Below, piece by piece: positions 1 to 7,963 of a stretch of 50,462 bases of DNA; the first letter of the stretch is position 1; each line of letters starts with the position of its first letter. Position numbers and translations under genes: made by a program. The notes under the pieces were generated by a model. The model made no database searches and had not been told where the DNA came from. It saw only the letters and a program-made list of their open reading frames with translations. Source of the stretch: a bacterium (lineage in GTDB: Bacteria; Patescibacteriota; Minisyncoccia; Moranbacterales; GWC2-37-73); NCBI GenBank assembly GCA_037140955.1, contig JBAXDL010000007.1, forward strand, positions 1 to 50,462, in the 5' to 3' direction.

Positions 1-85
1 GCTCCATTTCAAATCAACGTGCGCGCCTGCCGGACGCTGTCATCTTCTGTGCTAGCTTCTCCCTTCGGTCGTGAGCAAGCACATC

Positions 86-169
86 AGATAACAACGCCTA
101 TCCGAAATTTTTCTCAAAAACCCTTATGGATTTTCTCGAAAATCATCGGATCAGGCGCGCACGTTATAG
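86..169 (+). mobile_element. attC-like integron cassette recombination site 1
   Basis: AGATAAC (86-92) ... GTTATAG (163-169) cores; CGCCT-ATCCGA pairs with TCGGAT-C-AGGCG leaving one extra base, the typical attC architecture. Confidence 0.6.
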
Positions 170-304
170 GAAATAAATTTTTTATCAAGTTGTAAACTTC
201 AGGCTTTTAGTGATTTTAAAAGGACAGAAAATTTTATTTTTTTAATTAATTTAGGAGTGGCATATACTGCTTTTCTCCTTTAGCACTACGAAAACTTTTA
301 TTAA

Positions 305-1126
305 ATGAATAAACATAAGGGCAAAATTGGAATATTTGATTCAGGTCTTGGCGGTCTGACCATTTTGAAAGAGGTTGCAAAATTAATGCCCTGCTACGAA
401 TATATTTATCTTGGTGATAATCAAAATACGCCATATGGAGACAAATCTCATGATGAAATATTTAATCTAACACTGGCAGGAGTTGAGTGGCTCTTTAAAA
501 ATGATGCCGAAATCGTAATATTGGCATGCAACACTGCCTCGGCTAACGCTTTGCGAAAAATTCAGCAAGAAGTTTTGCCAATCAAATACCCAAACAGACG
601 CGTGCTTGGCATTATTATTCCGACAGTTGAAGAAATTGAAAAGTATAGTAGAACGGGGCACATCGGCATATTGGCAACTGAGGCAACGGTTGATTCTAGG
701 ATTTACGAAATTGAAATGGAAAAACAAAATCCAGAAATAAAAATTGTTTCACAAGTAGGTGGAAATTTAGCAAATATAATTGAACAAAATAATAAAAACG
801 AACTACTTGCAGAAATTAAACGCGTCACAGAAGAATTACTAACCAAAGACGATTCAATCGATACTGTTATACTCGGTTGCACTCACTATGCTTTAATCGC
901 TAATGAAATAATACAAATTTTGCCAAAGCATATTCGTGTTATTAGTCAAGGTAAATTAGTTGCCCCAAAATTATTAGATTATCTGAACAGACATTCAGAA
1001 ATTAGAAATAAGCTAAGTGACGCTTTCTCGTTGAATTTTAATACCACGAGTAACAGCGAACATGTTCGGCAACTGATGACCTATTTTTATGGCGAGAATA
1101 TTTCAATTTCAATCGTTAAAGTCTAA
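305..1126 (+). CDS. murI: glutamate racemase
   Basis: IGIFDSGLGGLT, ACNTAS and LGCTHY catalytic Cys motifs. Confidence 0.95.
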   Translation: MNKHKGKIGIFDSGLGGLTILKEVAKLMPCYEYIYLGDNQNTPYGDKSHDEIFNLTLAGVEWLFKNDAEIVILACNTASANALRKIQQEVLPIKYPNRRVLGIIIPTVEEIEKYSRTGHIGILATEATVDSRIYEIEMEKQNPEIKIVSQVGGNLANIIEQNNKNELLAEIKRVTEELLTKDDSIDTVILGCTHYALIANEIIQILPKHIRVISQGKLVAPKLLDYLNRHSEIRNKLSDAFSLNFNTTSNSEHVRQLMTYFYGENISISIVKV

Positions 1127-1261
1127 GCTTACAAATAAGGAGTCTTGGAAAAAATGAAATTCACCCCGACCCTCTTTCATTTTTCAAAACAAAAAATCAA
1201 ATTTTCTTAGATGCAGAATTAGAGTATAATGATATTAACAATGAGATAAAAAATTTACATC

Positions 1262-1391
1262 GTCCAACAGCGCATATGAGGCAAAAATATTTTACCTTTT
1301 AGTAATTAAATTAATGAACGTAAAATATTTTTGACCCAAATTCTGTTTCGTTTCACTTCAACAGAACTTCTCATACTCGCGCACGTTGATC
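1262..1391 (+). mobile_element. attC-like site 2
   Basis: GTCCAAC (exact RYYYAAC) ... GTTGATC; inner TATGAG/CTCATA pairing; right end GCGCACGTT shared with site 1. Confidence 0.6.
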
Positions 1392-1467
1392 TGAAATAGC
1401 AAAAAACAAACTCCTTATTGGATATTTAAAGTCCTTTTGGAATTTTTCAATTATTCATGAATAAATT

Positions 1468-2355
1468 ATGAACATTTTTATTGCCTTTCTTAATCCAATT
1501 ATTCATGGTTTTTCAAATACCTTAGATAGCCACCTAAGCAATAATATATTTTCCAGAGTTAGAGTTTTTGTTTTTTTTGGCGGTTTACTGAATCTATTTT
1601 CACTACCAATAATTTTTTCAATTACAAAACCAAACTTTTTAAGCATCGATGTCTTACCTTTTATTTTACTGATTGCTTTAATTGAAACCACATATCTTTT
1701 TCCATATTATAAGGCTGTAAAAGTTGCGGACACGTCAATTGTAAATGCACTATTTTCGTTAGGAAAAGTTTTTGTTCCTATTTTGGCTTTTTTTATAGTC
1801 AAAGAAAGACTGGCCACAGTTCAATATCTTGGTTTTATAGTTATAATAATTTCTAGCGTACTTTTAACTTTTGAGCCTAAAAATTTTAAATTTAACAAGT
1901 CTTTATTGCTGATGGGAATCGTTTCTATAATTTTAGCAATTGAAGGAATTATATATAAATATATCCTTGAATCTATCAGCTGGGGAACCGGATTCTTCTG
2001 GGTTACTTTATTTTCCAGTCTCATCTCAGTGTCAATCTTTGCACATAAGCCTAGCCAAGTAATAATCAAAGAGAATTTTAAGAGCTTCAAGAAAAGTTTT
2101 AAAATCTTGATAGCACAGGAAATATTAACATGGAGCGGAAATATGGTGGAAGTTTATGCGATCTCCATTTTACCGATAACCATGGTTAAAGGGATTACAT
2201 CATCGCAACCTATTTTTGTTCTAATTTACGCCGTGTTATTTGCAAAATTATTTCCGCATGCTTTCAAGGAGAAAACAGATATGGGAAATATGATTAAAAA
2301 GATAATACTTTTTTTAATAATGATTGGCGGAACATTATTAGTAATTCAAAAATAA
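1468..2355 (+). CDS. DMT/EamA-family membrane transporter
   Basis: 295 aa, about 10 hydrophobic segments in two repeats, LAFFIVKERL motif. Confidence 0.85.
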   Translation: MNIFIAFLNPIIHGFSNTLDSHLSNNIFSRVRVFVFFGGLLNLFSLPIIFSITKPNFLSIDVLPFILLIALIETTYLFPYYKAVKVADTSIVNALFSLGKVFVPILAFFIVKERLATVQYLGFIVIIISSVLLTFEPKNFKFNKSLLLMGIVSIILAIEGIIYKYILESISWGTGFFWVTLFSSLISVSIFAHKPSQVIIKENFKSFKKSFKILIAQEILTWSGNMVEVYAISILPITMVKGITSSQPIFVLIYAVLFAKLFPHAFKEKTDMGNMIKKIILFLIMIGGTLLVIQK

Positions 2356-2423
2356 TTGAAAGATTCCAAAGTGGCTTAAGAAAACAGGGCTCATAATATG
2401 GAATGTTTGTTTTTAGCTACATA

Positions 2424-2541
2424 AGCCAACAAGCAATATCTGGCTTAGAGAGTGGCCCACGCCAGGATGCACAAAAATAAAAGTTAATTTAATTGGAGAG
2501 AATTTCCTACTAATACCACACTACTTGCCTCGGAGTTAATA
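2424..2541 (+). mobile_element. attC-like site 3 (degenerate)
   Basis: AGCCAAC ... GTTAATA; GCAATA pairs with TA-C-TTGC leaving one extra base; lies downstream of the DMT gene. Confidence 0.45.
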
Positions 2542-2570
2542 CCTTTATATTTTTTATAAAAGCAAAAGAT

Positions 2571-2981
2571 ATGAAAAAAATATTTGAACCAAAAATTGAA
2601 AACCTTGAGAGGAAAAAATGGGAACTTTCTATAAATGAGGTTCGGATAAAAATCAAAACATTACAGAGCGACATTACTGATTTACTTTTTAAAATGGCAG
2701 AAAATGATGTTGATCATGGAGATGATTTTGCCGAGAATGAAAAATTGAAAAACAGATATGTTTATGAAAGAGAAACTTCTTTTCGCGACGAAATAATAGA
2801 AAGGATTAGGCATGCAGGAATGAATGAAAAGCAAATTTCAGAATTCGTGGCATGGCATTTTTTGGTTGGAAGTACACCAGAATATGAAAAGCATTACAGA
2901 ATGGATTTTGAGGGTGATCTTTCGATAGTAAACTTTCTTGAGGAAAAGTTCTTACAACTCAAAAGTGATTTAAAAAAATAA
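2571..2981 (+). CDS. hypothetical protein (follows attC-like site 3)
   Basis: 136-aa ORF, charged and helical, no family recognised. Confidence 0.7.
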   Translation: MKKIFEPKIENLERKKWELSINEVRIKIKTLQSDITDLLFKMAENDVDHGDDFAENEKLKNRYVYERETSFRDEIIERIRHAGMNEKQISEFVAWHFLVGSTPEYEKHYRMDFEGDLSIVNFLEEKFLQLKSDLKK

Positions 2982-3105
2982 ATTTTCTGTATTGAACTAT
3001 CTTTATTTAATAATCGGAATATGGAATAATCTTTATTGGCTTTAAATACGACAATATATTTGTGTGCTTTAGTCTAAATATGTAAAAAAACTGATCAAAG
3101 AAGGA

Positions 3106-3156
3106 GCGAATTCAACTCCAAGTGTTGCACTTCAGAGTTGAATTCGCCGCTTTTTT
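3106..3156 (+). terminator. hairpin/intrinsic terminator
   Basis: GCGAATTCAACTC/GAGTTGAATTCGC 13-bp stem followed by a T run. Confidence 0.55.
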
Positions 3157-3157
3157 G

Positions 3158-3186
3158 TTGACATTTTGCAAATACTATGTCAAAAT
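3158..3186 (+). promoter_or_regulatory. sigma70-type promoter of the kinase operon
   Basis: TTGACA-17-CAAAAT with TG extension. Confidence 0.5.
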
Positions 3187-3242
3187 GCATTCTTGGTAAC
3201 TTAACAATTTTGCAACAAAAACACATAAAAAAGGAGAAGAAA

Positions 3243-4316
3243 ATGAAAAGAGCAATGTTTGATGCATTGATGGAGAGTACGACTGATTCAATAGTTTTTG
3301 CAGACATAAAAGGCAGATATTTGGATGTGAGCGAAAGAAAAGCTGAAAACTGGGGCAAAACTCGTCGCGAGATGATTGGACTTACTGATTCTGATCTTAT
3401 GAGCAAAGAAGAAGCAGCTCAGGCACAGGAAGACAGTTTTTATGTCATCCAAACTGGAAAATCCATCATAAATGTTAGGAGGAAGGCAATCAGAAATGAA
3501 AAAGTCGTTTGGTATTCCCTATCAGAACATCCCTGGATTGATGACAATGGAAAAATTGTTGGCACAATCAGCATCACCAGAAACATAACCTGCCAAATCG
3601 AGCAGGAGCAAAAAATTATTGCCATGTCCGAGCAAATAATAGACATGGTCAAAATTGTTAGTCATGACCTCTCTAGTCCCCTCATTAACATCAGCACCAT
3701 TGCAAAAAGAATCATGCGTGGAAGTTTTGGAGAAATCAATGATGAAGTCTTCAAGGCTGCAAATGAAATCTATCGCCGTATTTTAAAATTGCGCGGAGTG
3801 GTGCTGGACTATCTGCACAAATTTTCAAACCTTGATAAAGGCCAGGAAGTTGAAAAAGAAAATGATATTGACCTTCGAAAAGATGTGATTGATGAAGTTT
3901 TGGAAGAATTGGAGGATTGCATTTTAGACAACAATTCCAACATTGATTCATCCCTTGGTCTTATTCCCTATGGCATAATAATCTGCACCAACAAGGATAT
4001 TTTGAAAATCACATATAAAAATCTCATCACAAACGCTTTGAAATATGGCGGCAATGGCTGCACAATTTCTTTCGGTTTTGAAGATTGGGGTGACAGGTTT
4101 GCCCTGAATGTTTTCAATGATGGACCAGAAGTTCCAGAACAAGAAGTTCCCTTTCTTTTTGAGCCATTTGTGCAAGGTGGAAATGCCTCAAAGGGTGAAG
4201 GACTTGGAATTGGATTGGCCACAATCAAAAACATGATTTGCAATCTCGGTGGCGACATGTGGCACAAAACAACTTGGAGCAAGCATCCTAACTTTATTTT
4301 CACCGTACTAAAATAA
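3243..4316 (+). CDS. PAS-domain sensor histidine kinase (soluble)
   Basis: N-terminal PAS/PAC, H-box SHDLSSPL, N-box NLITNALKY, G2 GLGIGL; start moved to ATG 3243 behind AAGGAG. Confidence 0.9.
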   Translation: MKRAMFDALMESTTDSIVFADIKGRYLDVSERKAENWGKTRREMIGLTDSDLMSKEEAAQAQEDSFYVIQTGKSIINVRRKAIRNEKVVWYSLSEHPWIDDNGKIVGTISITRNITCQIEQEQKIIAMSEQIIDMVKIVSHDLSSPLINISTIAKRIMRGSFGEINDEVFKAANEIYRRILKLRGVVLDYLHKFSNLDKGQEVEKENDIDLRKDVIDEVLEELEDCILDNNSNIDSSLGLIPYGIIICTNKDILKITYKNLITNALKYGGNGCTISFGFEDWGDRFALNVFNDGPEVPEQEVPFLFEPFVQGGNASKGEGLGIGLATIKNMICNLGGDMWHKTTWSKHPNFIFTVLK

Positions 4317-4328
4317 AAGGAGAATGTC

Positions 4329-4736
4329 ATGAGTCAAATGATGGACTTGTTGTACTATTATGCAATTCTTGAGCAAGTTACTGATTCCATTGTCATCAAG
4401 GAATATTACTCTGATGGCAATGGAAATTTTGTTGGCGGAAAAATAAAATGTGCCAGCAAGGTAAAAGCTGAACACTACAACCTCATGATCAATGAAATTG
4501 TGGGAAAAACAGATTTTGACTTGATGCCATTTGAACAGGCACAAAAGGCTTTGGAAGATGATTTGCAAGTCATGCGAACGGGTATTTCCATTGAAAATAT
4601 GGAAGAAATTGTGACATATCCCAATGGAAAAACAGTTCACAAATCAACCTCAAAATCACCGCTTCATTATACTGACAAGAAGATCATTGGTGTCATCTGC
4701 GTTTCACGCAACATTGATATTCGCCCTACAAAATAG
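4329..4736 (+). CDS. stand-alone PAS domain protein
   Basis: GKTDFDLMP and IIGVICVSRNI motifs resemble the PAS of the upstream kinase; AAGGAG RBS. Confidence 0.8.
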   Translation: MSQMMDLLYYYAILEQVTDSIVIKEYYSDGNGNFVGGKIKCASKVKAEHYNLMINEIVGKTDFDLMPFEQAQKALEDDLQVMRTGISIENMEEIVTYPNGKTVHKSTSKSPLHYTDKKIIGVICVSRNIDIRPTK

Positions 4737-4740
4737 GACA

Positions 4741-4776
4741 AAAAAGACCTTGGCAAATTCTTGCTAAGGTCTTTTT
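4741..4776. terminator. bidirectional intrinsic terminator
   Basis: AAAAAGACCTTGGC/GCTAAGGTCTTTTT stem between convergent genes. Confidence 0.8.
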
Positions 4777-4797
4777 CATAGGCGCTTTAATGCCCTT

Positions 4798-5490
4798 TTA
4801 TTTTATAATTGTTCCAACAAAGTTTTCTCCATTTAAATATTTTTCAAAATTGGCAAGCTTTTTGCCATTCAAAATAACAACTTCCATCCCCTCTTTGGCT
4901 GCCAATTTTGAAGCAATTGGATCAAATGGCACATTAGCACCAGGATCCCAAGTGTCACCCACAATTTTTTGAAACTCTGTCCAATTGATCTCTTTTATTT
5001 TTTTGGCATCTTTGAATTTTCGAGGATCCTTGTCATAAGCATGATCAATGTTGGAAAGATTGGCAATATTTTTCACATCAAAATGTTTTGCCAAAAGTAC
5101 TGCAATATAGTCAGTTGAATTTCCTGGCTTATATCCTGCTGCAACCAAAATTGATTCCTTGGCCTTCAAAAAACTTTCCAAGTCATAAGGATTTTTGTTG
5201 ATGGTTGGATGCGCATGTTTTTTGAAAATAGTGCGAATAAAATGAGCATTCATACGGGTTGCATGAATTCCAATCCAATCCTTGTCCTCATTGTCAATGT
5301 CCCCCACTTTTGCCCCAGCTTCAATATATTTGCGCGCAGTTCTTCCTCCGCCAGCCACAATGATGAAGCGAAAACCTTTTGTGATTCCATTTTCAATAAC
5401 TTTTTTGAATTGTTTTACAAATTTCCAGTCAATCTCATCGGGCACAATAAGCGATCCACCAAGTGAAATAACAATTGTTTTTTTGTTCAT
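4798..5490 (-). CDS. pyrH: UMP kinase (archaeal-type)
   Basis: VISLGGS, GGGRTARKY, DWIGIHATRMNA, PGNSTD, PFDPIA motifs. Confidence 0.93.
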   Translation of the reverse strand: MNKKTIVISLGGSLIVPDEIDWKFVKQFKKVIENGITKGFRFIIVAGGGRTARKYIEAGAKVGDIDNEDKDWIGIHATRMNAHFIRTIFKKHAHPTINKNPYDLESFLKAKESILVAAGYKPGNSTDYIAVLLAKHFDVKNIANLSNIDHAYDKDPRKFKDAKKIKEINWTEFQKIVGDTWDPGANVPFDPIASKLAAKEGMEVVILNGKKLANFEKYLNGENFVGTIIK

Positions 5491-5504
5491 GAATTTTCTT
5501 TTTA

Positions 5505-5807
5505 CTAATTATTTTTTATATGTTCATCGGCTTGAGCTTTGGTTTCATGCAATTTTGCAATTGTTTTGGTGATTTCATCTTTAATTCCCAAAAACATTTC
5601 CAACCCTTTTTGCAATTCATCCAACCCTTTTTTGTATTTTCCGATAATTTCCTGGTCATTTCCATTTTCAGCAACCTGCTTTTCCAGCATGTCTTGTCCA
5701 GCTTGCAAATGACTCTCAATCTGCTCAACCTCCCCACTGATCTGCTTCAAATCCTCTTGCAACTTGGCATTAATTTCTTCAAATGTTTTTGGCTGATTGT
5801 TTTCCAT
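5505..5807 (-). CDS. hypothetical coiled-coil protein
   Basis: start MENNQPK at 5807 avoids overlap with the upstream gene; heptad-like sequence. Confidence 0.65.
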   Translation of the reverse strand: MENNQPKTFEEINAKLQEDLKQISGEVEQIESHLQAGQDMLEKQVAENGNDQEIIGKYKKGLDELQKGLEMFLGIKDEITKTIAKLHETKAQADEHIKNN

Positions 5808-5850
5808 ATTTTTAATTATTGAATTTATACATGATACATCATACAAAATA

Positions 5851-6282
5851 CTATTTTGAGCACTTACTCTCGGTTCTTCCCTGCCCAAGAGCTTCATCGG
5901 CACTCTTGAAACATACCACATTTTCGGGCTTGATGCGCTTGGCATATGAGCAGGTTGGGAGATAAAATTTGTTGGAACTTTTACTCCCAACATAGGCGCA
6001 ATTTGCCATATTTGGGACCGTGACAGTTTTGGTGGCTGATTGGCTGGCAGAAGCGGTCTTGGTCATCACTGAAGCGTCTGGGATGGCCGCAATTGCAGTT
6101 TCTTGCCCTATTTGTGTATCAGAAGGCTTTTCTATTATAAGAGGCTTTTGCTGCCATTTTTGGCCTTGCAGCACCCCAAATTCATATGAAATGGCGCTAA
6201 CTAGGCAAAAACCAACAAAAAGCATGATTTTTGTTTCATTTTCAAAGAAAAAGTCTTTAATTTTGTTGAATAATTGATTCAT
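5851..6282 (-). CDS. membrane-anchored protein with C-terminal Ada-like metal-binding domain
   Basis: one TM segment then YVGSKSSNKFYLPTCSYAKRIKPEN...FKSADEA motif; likely start MNQLFNK. Confidence 0.75.
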   Translation of the reverse strand: MNQLFNKIKDFFFENETKIMLFVGFCLVSAISYEFGVLQGQKWQQKPLIIEKPSDTQIGQETAIAAIPDASVMTKTASASQSATKTVTVPNMANCAYVGSKSSNKFYLPTCSYAKRIKPENVVCFKSADEALGQGRTESKCSK

Positions 6283-6408
6283 TGGTTTTTTTGAGCGTGA
6301 GACCATTTCTCTTTTTGGCCAACAGTTGGCGACAGCAACTCTTGAGCTTTTGGATAATGAGTATTTCATCCAAAAGCGTGCCAAAAAGGAAAATGTCCGA
6401 GCATGGAG

Positions 6409-6438
6409 CCTGGATTCCCGCCTCCGCGGGAATGACAA
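6409..6438. repeat. dRS3/CGTC-REP-like palindrome copy 1
   Basis: CCTGGATTCCC-GCCTCCGC-GGGAATGACAA; second copy at 7907-7936. Confidence 0.75.
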
Positions 6439-6441
6439 ACA

Positions 6442-6469
6442 TTGACATATTATCTATTTCTGTTAGAAT
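6442..6469 (+). promoter_or_regulatory. putative promoter upstream of the rpmA leader
   Basis: TTGACA-16-TAGAAT with TG extension. Confidence 0.45.
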
Positions 6470-6653
6470 ATCCCTTGTAACACTGAGTGACATTGAATCA
6501 TCTTTGGGCTCCCGCGCTGGGCGCATTTCATTGCCAAATGAATCCAAACGAAATTCACTTGCCACATTTTCCCCCACATCATTTCTCTCATTATATAATA
6601 TTTATGGATATTGTGTAACTGGCAGAAAATGACTCGTGGAATATTTATAAATC

Positions 6654-6817
6654 GAGTGGCGCCCCTACACCAATTTCAAAGAAAGATTTTGGTAGTATTT
6701 TTATAGGTTTCACGGGTTTCGCCTTCGACTCGATTTATTTTTAATTAACATATTATTTAGCAATTGGTGCGGGATGCCATTTTTGTGGCCGCTCGTAACC
6801 TCGCAGACAAAAATGGC
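6654..6817 (+). repeat. structured leader repeat family B, copy 1 (ends at rpmA ATG)
   Basis: aligns with the reverse complement of 12064-12229; terminal ACCAATT/AATTGGT stem. Confidence 0.8.
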
Positions 6818-7274
6818 ACATCGTAAAGCCGGTGGGTCTACCCAACTCGGACGAGATTCAATCTCGAAAAGACTTGGTGTTAAGATCTTTGGAAATCAAA
6901 AAGTAAAAACTGGAAACATCATCCTTCGTCAACGCGGAACTGCATATCACGCTGGAAAAAATGTGATGCGATGCAATGATGACACTTTGATGTCTCTTGT
7001 TGATGGAATTGTGAAATTCACTTCAAAGAAAGTTAGAAACTTCACTGGAGTTTTGGTGACTCGTCGCTATGTTGCAGTTGAAAAATCTGACACACCGATC
7101 GAAATCAAACCAAAAAAGACTGGTGCCAAGAAAGCTGGAGCAAAACTTCGCGTGAACTTGAAAACCAACGAAGCTGGAAAGAAAAAAGGAGCTTGGAAGG
7201 TTGCAAGAAAACCAAACATGCGAAAGACAACTCGAAAGCATTTGGTTGCAAGAATCGCAAAGAAAGCGAAATAG
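6813..7274 (+). CDS. rpmA: 50S ribosomal protein L27 with long basic C-terminal extension
   Basis: [32 protein letters not shown] signature; true start 6813. Confidence 0.95.
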   Translation: MAHRKAGGSTQLGRDSISKRLGVKIFGNQKVKTGNIILRQRGTAYHAGKNVMRCNDDTLMSLVDGIVKFTSKKVRNFTGVLVTRRYVAVEKSDTPIEIKPKKTGAKKAGAKLRVNLKTNEAGKKKGAWKVARKPNMRKTTRKHLVARIAKKAK

Positions 7275-7315
7275 TAAAAATAGTCCATCAAGCCTAAAGT
7301 CGAAAGACTAAAAAG

Positions 7316-7349
7316 AAAAAAGAAACCTCGCATGAGGTTTCTTTTTTTT
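7316..7349. terminator. intrinsic terminator after rpmA
   Basis: AGAAACCTC-GCAT-GAGGTTTCT plus T run. Confidence 0.85.
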
Positions 7350-7350
7350 G

Positions 7351-7887
7351 CTAAATTTTATTCAAAAGATCATTTTTTATCAATTTCAGTCCATCCAGAC
7401 TACCAGTCCATGGTACTATCTTTCTGATCATTTCACTTTCAATCTCTTCAAAACTCATCCATCTAACTTCTTGAACCTCACCATCTTTGAAGGACAATTC
7501 ATCCAGACTGCCAGTAAAATTGTAATAAAAAACGGAAACAACTTCTTTATTTTTTCCGCCATCATAAAATTCAACCGGACCAGAAATCAAATTTTTCATT
7601 TCAATATTCAAGCCAGTTTCTTCTTGCAATTCTCTTTGTGTTGCTTCATGAATTGTTTGGCCTGCTTCTACATGTCCGCCGAAACGAGTATCCCAGCTGT
7701 TGGGGTTTGCTGATTTAAATTTTGATCTCAAATGTGGCAATATTTCAATATTGTTGCCATTTTTTCTATAACAAATAATACTCGTAGTCCTATGACGCAA
7801 ACCTTTTTCATGACAAAAGCTGCGAAGCTCTCTTTCTCCAGTCAAATTCCCTTTTTCATCAACAATATCAAGATATTCTTCAGACAT
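7351..7887 (-). CDS. NUDIX hydrolase (IPP-isomerase-like subfamily)
   Basis: GGHVEAGQTIHEATQRELQEETGL Nudix box; start MSEEYLDIVD. Confidence 0.88.
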   Translation of the reverse strand: MSEEYLDIVDEKGNLTGERELRSFCHEKGLRHRTTSIICYRKNGNNIEILPHLRSKFKSANPNSWDTRFGGHVEAGQTIHEATQRELQEETGLNIEMKNLISGPVEFYDGGKNKEVVSVFYYNFTGSLDELSFKDGEVQEVRWMSFEEIESEMIRKIVPWTGSLDGLKLIKNDLLNKI

Positions 7888-7906
7888 AAATTTTATACAC
7901 CAAAAA

Positions 7907-7936
7907 CCTGGATTCCCATTTTCATGGGAATGACAA
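7907..7936. repeat. dRS3/CGTC-REP-like palindrome copy 2
   Basis: CCTGGATTCCC-ATTTTCAT-GGGAATGACAA. Confidence 0.75.
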
Positions 7937-7963
7937 GAAGATAATTTCTTTTTATACAAAATA

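Noticed and set aside
3106-3147. Hairpin with exact ATTCAAC/GTTGAAT cores as a fourth attC
   Set aside because: Only 20 nt between the cores, too short for an attC with L boxes; the following T run fits a terminator.
6257-6632. ORFs 6257-6577 (-) and 6282-6632 (+)
   Set aside because: No recognisable family; VIPAEAGIQ/WIPASAGMT is simply the translated dRS3-like repeat; coding status unsupported.
6774-6812. N-terminal extensions on L27 ([13 protein letters not shown]) and GalU (MIARTSQTK)
   Set aside because: They are translations of the shared leader repeat; conserved protein starts are at 6813 and 12068.
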